A stretch of 64,000 nucleotides of DNA, from assembly GCA_964234715.1 (NCBI GenBank), contig OZ174277.1; one strand, 5' to 3'. Source of the stretch: Podarcis melisellensis. Its lineage: Eukaryota. The notes below the pieces were generated by a model. That model was not told the DNA's origin, did no database searches, and saw only the letters and a list, made by a program, of their open reading frames with translations. The translations under genes were made by a program, and so were the position numbers. Positions 1-13,029 of the stretch are shown here, piece by piece. Position 1 is the first letter of the stretch, and each line of letters starts with the position of its first letter.

Positions 1-465
1 TCACGGAGGATAAAGCTGTCCATGGCTATCAGCCACAATAGCTGCCCTCTGCCTCCATGGTTGGGGGCAGTATGCTTCTGAATACCAGTTCTAGAAACCG
101 GGGGGGGGGGGGAGAGGCAAGTCCTGTTGTCCTCAGATTAGGCCCGGCCCACCCATGAGGTGGGATGAAGAAGCCGCCTCAGGTGGCAGAAGCCGCTGAG
201 GAGGAATGCTTGTGGTGTCCTGCTGCTCTCAGACCTTGCTGGAAATTGGTGCCAATGCCAGTACCTCTTTTCTACTGGCAGTCGGGGCAGTGAAGTGGGC
301 AGCACATCCAGTTTCACCTCAAGTGAAAAGTGGGGTGCACCACCCCCTGGCTCAGGTCCTACTTGAGGGTTTTTCATGGGGGTCTGGTTGGCCACTGTGA
401 GACCAGGATGTTAGTTCAGTTAGGCTTTTGGCCTGATCCAGTCAGCTTTCCTTATTCTCTTAATG
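1..465 (+). mobile_element. CR1-type LINE 3' end, interrupted by a GC-rich insertion (about 137-355)
   Basis: Squamate CR1 3' UTR-like motifs 'ggaggataaagctgtccatggctatcagcc', 'ggttggccactgtgagaccaggatg' and 'ggcctgatccagtcagctttccttattctct'. Confidence 0.6.
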
Positions 466-2119
466 TGGGGGGGGGGGGGTAGAGGGTTAGTCAGGAATGT
501 GGCAGGAAGGAAAGTTATATGTCAGGGTTAAATCTGGCATTTGGAAGATTCATATTTGGCCACTTCCTTCTCTGTCGGAAGCAGCATCTCCTCTGAGAAA
601 GTATATTGTTGGCAACTGGTGCAACTCTAATTAAGAATTACTTGCACTTTTGAGGCATCTTTTGAGATACGGATTTTGTAGGAAATAAATGGGCTTGTAT
701 ACAAGCAGGCCCAGGAAAAAAAATTAGCTTGTAAGAAGAATGACTGGAATTACAGGAATGCATGCAATCACATTAATATCCTGCCAGACCCAACTGCCAC
801 AAAATATAATTATAGATTTTTTCCCCCTCCTAGAATATTCTGACTCTTCATAAAAATGCTTTAAAATTCTTCCCATTCAGCAAGACTATTAACACGATAG
901 ATCTTTATTGCAACATGATGAATAAAATGGCTTACTACAATTATAGTGTGCTTAGCCTGTAGGGCAATTAACCACAGCTAGCACCTTGAAGTCGAGCTGG
1001 TTTGGAACGGAGAAAGATCACAAAAGGCTGCCATCTGAATTGTTTTTATTAACAACACCACTTCTAAGCAGTAAGATCTATGTACAATTTGGTAAGGATT
1101 AACTCAATGATATCCCACACTGTTTTTTTGTTTACTGAAATACAAGCAAATCTATTCAGTAAAAGTATGCAGCTGTACATCATCATCTCACTGCACTGAA
1201 AAAATATCAATCATTTAAGAAACACTGCTATAATGAAAGCAGCGTATGTATTATAGAACTCCTTACAAAACAAAATAAATAATATGAAAAAGCCACCCTT
1301 AAATTAAAATCAAAAAAGACATTTAAAGTTTGGGCATTCTTCATTATGGGAAAGAACCTTCCACACTGAGACCATCATCAATCAGAAAAGCTCCATCTGC
1401 TGTATAATTAGCTCTGATAAATGACACTAATCTGAGCTACATTAGAGAACTACTGTTTGGGGGTTGTGGGGGGAAAAGAGAGATAGCTAGAACTGTAAAT
1501 AAATCTAACCACTGTTTCACTTACAGCCATCCCAGCAGGAAGTCATAAAGAATTTTTTTATAGGTAATATTTTCAAATGCGCTGCTGGCTGTGCTGCCTA
1601 ATATCTATCATCTCGGAGCATGCATTAGTGAGTGTACAGAAGCCTAGAACAGAAGAGCATATTTTTGAAATAAGTTCTCCCTTTCGTACATCTTTACAGC
1701 CAAACTAGAAAAAAAAAATGCAAGACAAATCTGGTCCAATGAAGTAGCTGCTCAGGAAGACAATGGACAATCCCAAGAGATCATGGACTGAAGCTGCTAG
1801 GCCACTGAAGAAACAGTATGTGGGGGCATTTGCAGAGAAAAGTGCATCTAGAACTTTTTCTGTATTACCCTCCTGGTGCTTCTATGCATGAATGGATGGA
1901 ATAGAGGCAATATGAGATTGCAAATTAATGAGTAAGGCAGACACATTGTGCACACACACATACAGACAGGGGAGGCAAAAATCATTAAGCAAGTAAACAG
2001 TGCAGTATGTGACCGTTTACTGGACTTTAACCAAGTAGATCTTTTGCAGTGATTGAGGCACCCTCATTGTGACATTCTGGCATCTTCTGAAAACTTGTTT
2101 TATGCTGACAGACCTTCAT

Positions 2120-2220
2120 AGCTTTGTACTGTTTTAAATGATTTTTTTTTTAATTGTTGTACACTGCCCTGATATTTTATGACTTGGCAGTATAAAAATG
2201 CATTTATAAATAAACAAATG
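2120..2220 (+). mobile_element. Old L2-type LINE 3' tail
   Basis: 'ttgttgtacactgccctgatattttatgacttggcagtataaaaatg...aaataaa'. Confidence 0.4.
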
Positions 2221-3762
2221 CAAAGATGCAAAAATGAAATTCCAAAGATTGGTCATTTACTGTGTTTACATAATTCTTGAATTCTTAATTCAAGAGGTTA
2301 TCTATGGGGGGTGAGAAATGATAGTTGTGTTTGATAAAACTGTCCCTAGACTGTGCTTCTTCAAACTGCTGGTGGGACATTGCACAACTGAATTCTCTTA
2401 TACAGAAACCTGCACACTGCACCCACATCCTCTCCTGAGCCCCAAAGTTCTCTGGTAAAGGGTTTGATATTAGCTTTACTTCCCACTGTGCTAGTTTTCT
2501 GTGTGCAACATTCCCCCTATTCCCAAATGGGCAGCCATTCAACTGTGCAGTCCTCCACCTGAAATCGCGACTGGTACAGTCTAGGAACAGTCTTATCACA
2601 TAACTTATCACATGAAACCCTATTACTTTCTACTTAAATCGCTTTCATGGTTGTTTTAGCATACTTGAACATAGTATTCTTGACTGGAATTGTCTCTTCT
2701 ATGATTTTTACTTGGAACAATTTATTCATGTTTGCAACCAACAATAGTAATTGGCCTTTTTCAGAGCTCCTAAGTGGATATAGACTGAAAGCTTGTTTTT
2801 ATAAAACTCCCTACAGTATTTAAGAGGTTCTAATTCTAAGGTGTAAGATCATTTTATCTCCTGTTCCCATTCTTTGAATTTTATCTGCCAAGCAGAATAT
2901 AAATGCAATGAACAAGATTAATCTAACAACATATTTAGCACCACTGAAAAACAATAAGTGACTTATCAAAATTACTGTCTAGAGAAAAATCCTTTTCGTT
3001 CCAAATGAAGAAGTGGCTGAAAGAGAGCACTTTATCACATTGTCCCAAAGAAAATGGTGAGAAAGTACAAACCTTCCTAGCATTTATTTGGTATATATAC
3101 CAAATAAATAACTAGATCTACATCCCTTTCCCCAACATATAGATATATATCTATACATAAGGCTTTGTATTTCAGAGGAGAGAGCTTTGCAAAGAAGCAC
3201 ACAATGAAATTTCAACTTTTGTCAGAAACTTCCATGAAATAGCACTGATGGCATCTGAATTCAAACTATTGAACAATACTTTACTTTTAAAGGAAGTTGT
3301 CAGACTAAGATAAAAGCATCAGCAAAATGTATGCCTGTAATACCCAAATGTTTCAGGAAGTATTTATGTTTATTCTACACAAGTCACCATGTGTGAGATC
3401 CCCTAACAATTGGATGACACCCTATGTTGCATGCATAATTTTCTGTACTTATTTGAAGAACATCATCACAATTACTGCGGTAATATGGGCTCTAGTTTCC
3501 ACGGCACAGGCCAACAGTTAAGCTATAGGTTGACAAATGTAGTAATTAGTGTTATGAAAATGATAAAGCTATGCAAACTGAGCTCTATTCAATCAAGATA
3601 GAAAATGCTTCCCTTCCCTTGTTCTTCCTACAACGGTCACACAACTATCATTCTCATGCAGTTTTCTACAGTTTCCCAAAGAAATCACTACATTCTTCTT
3701 AAAGGCTGAAAACTAAAGATACTAGAGAAGAGCAGAGCCTACTTTGCTCTCCTTAAACTTAC

Positions 3763-3942
3763 ATTTTTCTTTACTCGGTGAAGTTACATTCAGTTCTGTC
3801 GAAAGTTGCTGGTTGGAGTTAACAGTCTGCGTAGATAGGGAGGTATTACTGTTGTCACTATTTGTTTCTCCAGAGAACAAATCTGATTGGCTGTTGCTTG
3901 TGCTGGGAGTGGACTCATCATCTGGTTGCTTCTTTTGAAAAT
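3763..3942 (-). CDS. ZFAND3: ZFAND3 coding exon 3 (180 nt, phase 1-1), Ser/Thr-rich linker
   Basis: ttgtgtcttgttag|ATTTTCAAAAG...AAAGAAAAAT|gtaagt encodes DFQKKQPDDESTPSTSNSQSDLFSGETNSDNSNTSLSTQTVNSNQQLSTELNVTSPSKEK. This matches recalled human DFQKKQPDDDSAPSTSNSQSDLFSEETTSDNNNTS...TELNVTSPSKEEC. It lies within ORF 3722..3949. Confidence 0.96.
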
Positions 3943-5810
3943 CTAACAAGACACAAAATTGGGGAGATGGGATTATTGACTACAAAACATGTTTCTGTCC
4001 AATGGGGCACATACAATATGTTGTATTTTACAATATAATCATCTCTATAAACTGTGATTTAATCCTATTAGTCTAAGCCCTAAGATATTAAACTTACCTT
4101 CATTGCACCAATACATTATTACTGAACTTGGTATAATCACAGAGTGCTGTTCCAGTGGAATGGCAAGATACACATTTAGAGCACAATCCAACTAGTGCTT
4201 TGGCTCCAGTGGACTGGAGCTACTAACAGAAGTGGGGAGATTTTTGCTGATTTCCTCCACACACACACCCAAAGCCCTTCAAAAATTTGTTCTAGAGAAA
4301 AGGGTTAACTCCCTTGCCATGCCACAATTCTTGGGAAGCTTCTCCCACCAGCAATTAATTAGAGAAGAAACCAGGTAAAGGCAAATTATGTGACAAACAT
4401 CCTGTCTAGTTGGCATTAGTTGTGAGAGTTTCTATGCACAATGCAATTAATGAGGAAACTAGGCAAAATTACTTGTTGCCTCCTAAAACGAGGCTAGGTC
4501 GTTAACTAACTTGGTTCTCAGATTACAGTGTCATGCGAGTACTGTTTGTGAACTGCAAATGAATACTGAATTTAACCAAGGTATGTAACAAATAACCATT
4601 ATTTTTTTTTGCAAAGGCTCTCTTTATAAGACAAAACATCAATATCAGTTCTTGCTACCTACTAACACTATGTGATCAACTGATCGGTGACTTCCATCAA
4701 GCCATCACCTGTTTCTAAGGTGTCTGATTAGCATGGCAGCTAAAGCCTTATTATCCTTATTTAGAAAAAGCAACTGGCCATTGTAAATATTGCATAATTT
4801 TATCCTCTTGTGCATGACCTTCACCACAGCATTTATTAAATGCCAATAAAGGATTTTGCAAACTTGTCTATTTGTGATATCAACCAGGAAACAACATAGA
4901 TCTGTAACTATGCATGTTTTTAAAACCCATCATATGTTCAGCTTCATCTGTGCTGATACTGGACCAATTCTAATGAACTCCATTTATTTTCAAAATTTCA
5001 GGTTTAAGTCCCTAATGAAAACTGAGAATGGTTTGCATTTGCAATTAAGAGAAAACTTTGGTGAATCCTGTAAAGGCAAGTCCTGGAAAGAAAAAAACCT
5101 AGAAAAATGAAGGTACACAAAGTATTCCTCTGGATCATGGGCTACTTAACCAGTAGTCCAGTTCTGACTTTTATATTACATTATAGTCATATTCAATGAG
5201 GAAATAAAAAACATCAACATGAAGCCTGGAAATACGGTGTCTCATTTTAAGCCCAGTGAAATCCTTTACATTTGCTATGCAGATTTATACTAGAGTCAAT
5301 TATTCTTAGCTTGATTTCCACATGTGTACTTTAAGGATTGCCTTTGGTTTCTTCTGTTAACACAAGCTATGCTTCAATTTTATTTCACTCCTATATCCTA
5401 AGAATTGGCAATAAATTATGAAATGATGCCTTTAACTAGAGCTTATTAAGCCCAAGTTGATAACAAAACAGCCTGCTCTTCAGGATCTGCAAGATCTTAA
5501 ATTCAATAAAATGCTGTTTTATACTATATTAAGCTCAACAGGAACAGCTTAAGGTAGAACAAGGGAAGAACCAAATGAGGACCTGATACTATTGCTTTTA
5601 AAATTGGATAAAGATACATGCCCCAGCACAAAATTAATTTATTCTGGTTTGTTATACCTTTTAGGAATTTTAACATGAAAGATACAAATAATGCAATGAA
5701 ATGAAGAAGCATTTCATTACACTTCTTTCTGCTTCATCCTACAGCAGGGAGCCAGCCTTAACAATCCCATTTTCCTTACAACTGCTCTATATTCTGTTAG
5801 TTTTACAGAA

Positions 5811-6005
5811 CAGCGTTTCCGTGTGCTCTGGCTTCCTTCATGGTGTTTGATTGCGCCAGAAGCAGTTTAGCCATGCTGGTCACATGACCCAGAAAGCTGT
5901 TTGTTGACAAACGCCAGCTCTCTCGGTCTGAAAGCGAGATGAGCGCCGCAACCCCATAGTCGTCTCTGACTGGACTTAACCGTCCGGGGGTCCTTTACCT
6001 TTACC
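5811..6005 (+). mobile_element. Sauria SINE, 5'-truncated
   Basis: 'gcgtttccgtgtgctctgg...ccatgctggtcacatgacccagaaagctgt...gagatgagcgccgcaacccc' ending in the (cctttta/ccttta)-type tail 'tcctttacctttacc'. Confidence 0.85.
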
Positions 6006-9000
6006 ACATAGCACACCCCGCAAGATGAGATACTGCATGGAACATTTCTATGACAACTATTAAGATACAGCATTATTAGGAAAATAACCTACTTATAAGC
6101 ATCTCCCAGTATGCGCTATTCTAATCTTGCTTTCTACGGGCAAGTTGTATAATTTTGTAAACAGCTACTTTTAATAAAGGCTAGCAATTTCATAAGTAAC
6201 AGCAAAAATTGTAGCAAAGGAAAGCAAATGTTTGTAGCACAGCACACAATCTTTTCCCATTCAAGACAAGTCCATTTTGTTGTATGAACCGAATTCTTTC
6301 CTCAGCAAGTCTCAGAGTATTAATAGGTCTTTTCCTAATGAAGCGCACAGGACAGCACTGAAGTAGAAGGCTCCTGGCTACTACAAGTCCAGGTAAATTT
6401 ATGAACTCCTCTAAATGTGTCTCTTACCTTTCTTATGAACAATAACTGGTCTCTTATCTCTGCTGGTTTATAAATACTGGGAAAACAAAATAAATTTTGG
6501 ATGCCCAATAAACCCAAGTGACAAAAATAACTTAGAAATGGGTAAACTCAACAGGGCTTGTTCACGGGAGATGCCTAGAGGGACATGGCCAACCAAACAA
6601 GAGATGAAACACACACCTTTGAGTCACTGTTTCGTTTGCTAAAATACAAGGGTGGTTTACCTATTCCGATTTTCTCCAATTTCTCCTTGAGGATATCAGG
6701 AACACATGTTTCTACCTAGACTACTAATGAACAGAAACAACTAATTTTACTTACTTCATTAAAAGAAATGAAATACTCTAGCAGACAGAATAAAATCTAT
6801 TCAGGTAATTTATAAGAGCTTGTTAAATATACTGAAACAACAAGTTGCCAGTGTGGGGCAACTGAGAAACTAAAAGAACCCCTAGTGCAATATTGGTGAA
6901 AGCTCAAAAGATTTCTGAAGTAGGCTTACTAACCAATGGATGCAAAATTTAATTACGTTTCATATTTACTTTGCCCACTTCAAATAAAAGAGCATGCAAG
7001 ATTTCATTTTTTTAAAATAAAAGCACATTATCAATTAGTGCCTCTAGCACTGCTAGCATCTACACAGTCCTCACTCAGGTGCCCTTTTAGATGTCTAGGG
7101 AGAATCCTAGCATTTAAGAACATTGGTCTATTATTTTTAATTAATTTCTCTAGACTAACCCATGGAGTCCCAATTAAGGTTAACTATTGCCTAATTTTTC
7201 ATCAGTGGTGTTTGTTTGGAATTAAAATGTTTTTTCAATTTTTTTTTTAAGAAGTGCCAGGTAGTTTCAAGATGGAGCATAATATATATTTTGAATTAAG
7301 CAGATGTGGTGGTAGGGATATGGTGGTGGTGGTGGTGGAGGAACAGACCACTCACTACCAACATTATCCCAACATTATCCCAAATACCGTAATATAAAAT
7401 GGCATCAAAGCAGCAGTAAAATGATTTCCTCCACAGCTGCTTGGTTGTGGCAGTACTGAAATAACTTCATTACTTCTGTGAATCTTATGTTATACAAAAC
7501 TCTAGATCACTGTAGTCGATTGGAACCCCATGCCAATGCAACTTCTGATTAAGACAATGCTGATGTATTTGAGGTCTGTTGGTGGTTTGCTGTATATTTG
7601 GATGTGGGGCCTTTTTTGATTAGCAAAATAATTAAAATGTGTTGACCATGACAGTTGTATGTGTTTAATGAAGCTTTATACTTCATGCAATTAGCACTAA
7701 TCTCCATTCACAAAAATATTCATATTATGGTCAATGGCTTAAGGTTTCCCAAACTAGAATGGAAATGCTCACAAAATAACACAATATGCACAGAAATAAG
7801 GTGTAAATAGGGTCTGTGCTTTATTTCTTAATATTTGCATTTGATTTGTTCTTCAAGGAGCTTAAAGAAGTAGGTTCAAGTATGACAGAAGGGATAATGT
7901 CAAAGCTACACAGTTAGATTACCAAATATATGAACTTAAGGTCACATTTAAACTTTCTACTCTAGTAGCATTGATCTGTTACACTGAACTGGTTCTTTAA
8001 GGAACAGTAGAAATTGGATACCTGTAGATTGCCACAGCATTGTATGTTAAGGTAAGGTACTGAATTGCTTTAAATAAGGCAAATGACATTTATTCATCCT
8101 ATAGCCTTTGTTTCACTTTGTAGAGAATAGGCACTACTTGCAGTAATCATCCTAGATTACACAGCGGTCATGCTGGGGAGACACCCTTCTCTTGAAATAT
8201 GAATAAAAGATCAATTTCATGGCTTTGAAAAATGATGAAATTATCTTGGGTCATGTTTTAAGTGAATACTCTGTTTTTACTGCAGTTAAAACTTGGGGAA
8301 CTCCCATCATCTTTGTCCATGCTAGATGAGGCTAGTGTGTTGAGAGTCCATCTTGAGGACAACAGGTTACCCACCCGTGAATTAGATATGTACCACATCA
8401 AGCTTTGGGCTTGCACAGCCCCTCTCCTCTTTCCCCATGTTCAAGGGAAGGAGAATAATAGCTTCAGTTTAGAACACCATGAGCTTGTTAACAAAGATAC
8501 TGAACAAGATTCCAATCAGTGTTTTCCTATGCTGAGACATAATGAGAAACTATGATTGTTACAATATGTGAATGCAGTGTGTTCTTATAACTATGTTTCA
8601 ATGCTTGGATGTGGCCATTATCTTAATCATATAAATATGAATTTGAACCCATGTGTTTTGATTTCTCCCTCAAAAGTTCTATTTTATTTCATATTCAGAC
8701 AATTTGAAATGTGTATTACCTTAGGTTTAGAATATTAACTGAAATTGAGACAGCTACTTCCAGATCCGTTTAACAGATCCAAAGGTAATTTTTTTCATTA
8801 ACATGAAGCACCATCACTCAGTGAAAGGGGAAAGGTGCTGTTCAGCAGGTTACACTGCTCATCTGGTAGCGAGCAAGGCAGAACCATACAAATGACCCAA
8901 AAGAGAAGTAAGCCCAGTTGTCAAAGAAACAAGAGAGCCAGAAAGCTGTTGGTAACAAAGCCAAGTTTAATAGGGTTCACCTGCCCTTGATGGACTCTGC

Positions 9001-10445
9001 TCAAATCTTCAATGAGGCATTTATTTGCAGCTATGCCCTGAACCAAGTGCTAATGCTACAATTTACCAAGAGTGGGTCAACGTCTGAACAATATGACTAG
9101 TGAAAAACCCCCAACCTATATTAGAAAAGGTGATTAACCTTTTAAAATATGGTATGGCTGGTAAATTCAGAAATGTCAGTGTTACATTTTAAGTAAAAAT
9201 AAAGCCCCATGACTCCTACCTGCAGCGATTTAAGTTGATAACAAGGCAATATAAAAGCCACCATGATAAGTTTAGTCACACTCTCAAGTGTGCTTGTACT
9301 GGATTCAAAGCAGGAATATAAAATTAACAATTTAAGATTCAGTCCAAAATTTGTTTTAGCAGCATGAAGCCACATAAAACAACAAATCTCATCCTATGTG
9401 CCAAGAGACAAAAAGGTACACTCACCTAACTGAATCTGCTCAAAGCTGGTCTGACTCAGTACTTATAAAATGAATAGAAAGCCAACTACAGTTTTCAATA
9501 CCAGAAAACATTCTAGAACAACTAGAAAAAGCAAAACTACACTTACTCTTATTTTCATATTATATGAGTTATAAAAACTAAGAGATAGGGAAATGGTGTT
9601 TGGCTTTTTAAAAACACTTTATTGGTTTAGACCAATAAACAATTAAAAGAATTCAGCAAGAAGAGTGAGAGAACCTGTATTTAGACACTGGTACTATAAA
9701 ATCTTTCCAGAGATGGTATTTTAAGCACACCCTACTGGCCTAGATTTCTCAATGCTACGAGGAACAATTTGAAAGGATAGCAATTTGCTAAAAATGAATA
9801 GGAAATTAAGAAATACCTCTACCTTGAATAGAAACCATAAAAACTCAATTTAGCTCTCTGAAAAGGTACCAGCCTTAGAACTCAGGTAATTATGTAGGAA
9901 GATATTTAGCAGCGCTGCTTCCTAATTTTAGCTAGACCTATTCCTTGGGGAATTCAACATCCATAGGATTTGACCACAGCAAGTACCTTGCCATGCATGA
10001 AATACTGGAGAAGCTAAAATAAGCAACCCAAAAAAACCTAAGCAATAGTCTATAATGGGGAAGTCATTGAGATTTCATCTGCTGTAAACCGCATTAAATG
10101 TGCAGGCTGGTTGATGGGGGTCAAGAAAGATGACATTAGAAGCAACAAGCAGGGAGATCCATTTGCTTTCTGACATGGTGGTTTAGTGGAGAATCCAACC
10201 ACTGTCTTGTATCAAAAGAAATGGAAGCAAAGCTTAACACGCACAGTGGAGCTCTCTGCTATTCCCTCCTCAAAAGCCACTCCCAAGAGTCATGAAACCT
10301 GAATGGCATGAGATGTGACATGGGGCAGGGAGTGGGTAACTATCATATTATGATTAAAAAGAAATCATTTTGAATAGTAGGAAAAAAATTATGGAAGAAG
10401 TCGAAGCAAAAGGTTGGACAGGTATTTTCACGATATGCTTTAGGT

Positions 10446-10699
10446 CATGGGTAGGCAAAGTAAGGCCCGGGGGCCAGATCTGGCCCAATTGCCTTTTAAG
10501 TCCGGCCCGCGGATGGTCTGGGAATCAGTGTGTTTTTACATAAGCAGAATGTGTCTTTTTATTTAAAATGCATCTCTGGGTTAATTGTGGGACATAGGAA
10601 TTTGTATAAATATATATAAAGAGAGAGAGAGTCCGGCCCCCCCACAAGGTCTGAGGGACAGTGGACTGCCCCCTTGCTGAAAAAGTTTGCCGACCCCTG
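10446..10699. mobile_element. hAT-family MITE with an 8-bp TSD
   Basis: TIRs catgggtaggcaaa / tttgccgacccctg. Exact TSD ctttaggt at 10438-10445 and 10700-10707. Contains internal ggcccg motifs. Confidence 0.88.
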
Positions 10700-10951
10700 C
10701 TTTAGGTACAAAAAAATACTCTTGAGGGCAAGGATTTGATTTCTCATTTCTTTCTTTGATTCCTAAGCATTTACACCAGAAATATCAGTGGTGACTCTTA
10801 TATTCTTGTCCTTATGCTCAATCAATTTAGATCCATCCCTAAGACATTTTCCATCTGAATGAAGTCAGAAGCTTAAAATCCATGCCATGCTTAAATCATA
10901 AAGCAAACTTAGAAATATGATGCAGGCTTGTTTTTATAAATATGCTGTGTA

Positions 10952-11104
10952 CAGGCAACCCCTGATTTGTGTTGGGGTTGCGTTCTGGGTCACAGCATGC
11001 CTAAGCCAACTCCACCCCCCCTTTTCTGGCCACTTCTGGGTTGCTGCGATGTGCGCACGAGCAGTCATGCACATATCAAATGTGTGTAAATCGGTCATTG
11101 CCTA
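10952..11104. mobile_element. Degenerate Tc1/mariner (Tigger-like) MITE
   Basis: Begins ta|caggcaacccctgattt and ends in the imperfect inverse aaatcggtcattgccta. Confidence 0.45.
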
Positions 11105-12228
11105 CACTAGCATTTGCTAATTTTGAAACATCAGATTCAACAGCATAGAACTTTTCCATATTTAATTCTAAACAAACTACCTTTCATTACTACAGTATGC
11201 ACTTCATACATTTGTGTGTTCAAGTCATTATTGTTGATTATTTCAGTCATTGAATTCTACTTCCTTAGAGAACAGAAATGAATAGTCTTGTTTAATGGAT
11301 AAATATCAGAATTATGATAGATCTGCAATATCTAAACTAGTATTCATCTACCTGAGTATGGTAAACTAACTTAAAGCACAGATTCAAATTACTTTAGAAT
11401 TGGTAAATTAATTCCTCTCTCAAAGGAGTTCTTAACTGACCTTGAAGGATCATTTTCCTACTATTTTTCTATGAAAGCAACTATTCTATAAGAGGTTGCA
11501 ATTTCATATTGTGTTCAAGCAACAATGCCTTTAATTTTTTTTTTAAAAGTTCAATATATTGCTTAGAAATAAGATTTAATATTATTTAACTGCATTTTTT
11601 CTCAAGGTCAATAAAGAGAGAGAGCGCGCGCGCCAATAGGCTTACAAACAAAAAAGACAAGACACACAACATGAGAGTAGTGGAAAAAGGCAGAGGAGGG
11701 AGATAAATTCTTCAAGGCCATAAACAAAGTGATGAGCTACAAACTTTCATATCAAGTACACACCGGGCTAATCTTCCCTTGTTGTATTCTAGATTAACAG
11801 TAATTGGTGACTTTAAATTTTTCAGTTGATGGATGGAACCAGTGTCATTTTCTTTTGGTTTTTGCAGTCACAGGGCAACTGGCAGGGAAAACAGAATGTT
11901 CTAGCTCCCTTCAACTCCTTCTCTGCTCAGTGGTTGGGTCTGGATTGGTCTCCTCCTTGCCTTGACATTATTTCTGGGAGGCAAAGGGTATAGCCTCCCA
12001 GTGGCCCTTGGTCCCCTGGGCTGATGGCAGAGCCCAGAGTTTGCTGCAGTTACTATAACAGAAACAGCCATAGAGAGGAGAATTTGCCTTACATGGGGTG
12101 ACGGTGGGCACTAGAGAACCAGGGAATTTGAAACAGAAGCCTAAAGGTCAAATGCAAATGGCTAGGAAATGAGCACCACCAGAACAAAAGACTGAGAGTA
12201 GAGGAAAAAAGGTAGAGATAGGAGGGAG

Positions 12229-12229
<1 letters not shown>

Positions 12230-12273
<44 letters not shown>

Positions 12274-12406
12274 TAAAAAAAATAATAAATAATTTTATTA
12301 TTTATACCCCGCCCATCTGGCTGGGGTTCCTAAGCCACTCTGGGAGGCTCCCAACAGAACACTAAAAACAGAATAAAACTTCAAACATTAAAGACTTCCC
12401 TAAACC
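12230..12406 (-). mobile_element. L2-type LINE 3' end with an adjoining (AAT)n tract
   Basis: 'tttataccccgcccatctggctggggttcctaagccactctggg' is the reverse complement of the tail at 18072-18150. Confidence 0.7.
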
Positions 12407-13029
12407 ATGTGCTATAATATCTATCTGTCCTAGAGAAGAGAGAGTAAAGAGAAGAGACAGTTTTGAGTTTCACTGGACTGGGGGTAACACTGCATACATA
12501 CCATACATTTAAAGCAATCACACCCAAACAATTATTTGACAAGGGTGCTAATTTGTAGTTCTGTGATGGATCAACTACCATTCCCATGGGGGGGGGGGAG
12601 AATGTGCTTTAAATGTACAGTGTGCATGCAGCCCCAGTGTGGATGATTGGCAACAATTCAAAACGCATGTGGCGAGCCCCTTGATGTTTGCAGACACAGC
12701 TAGCTGACTTTGTTTTCTAAAAAGGTACCTGACAGGCTCAAGTGAGGTGGCTCATAAGACAGCCCCATCCCAAGTCCAGTTCCCACCTAGGGCTCCTAAA
12801 GATCTTTCTGATGAAGTTCCACAAAATACCAGAAAAGGCTTTCCTTATGGGAAAACGCTGCCTTGCGCTTCCCTCAAGGGTTCCAAGTAAACCTGAAGAA
12901 AACAACAAGCATGGTTTGAGAGGCAAAAGATGGGGGAGATGAGGCAAGGAGAAGGGTTGTGGGCGAGTTGAAGAGAGGTCTGGTCCCGCAGGCATCCACA
13001 GGGCAGAGAAGGAAGTGTGGAACAGCCTC

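Larger units (their letters stand above)
1..3762 (-). other. ZFAND3: 5' part of ZFAND3 intron 3
   Basis: Follows the exon 3 GTAAGT donor. No exon encoding the next expected peptide (GPCTDTAHVSL-like) was seen. Confidence 0.75.

Noticed and set aside
3722-3949. 75-aa ORF as a standalone gene
   Set aside because: It is ZFAND3 exon 3 plus intronic read-through, and the splice sites define 3763-3942.
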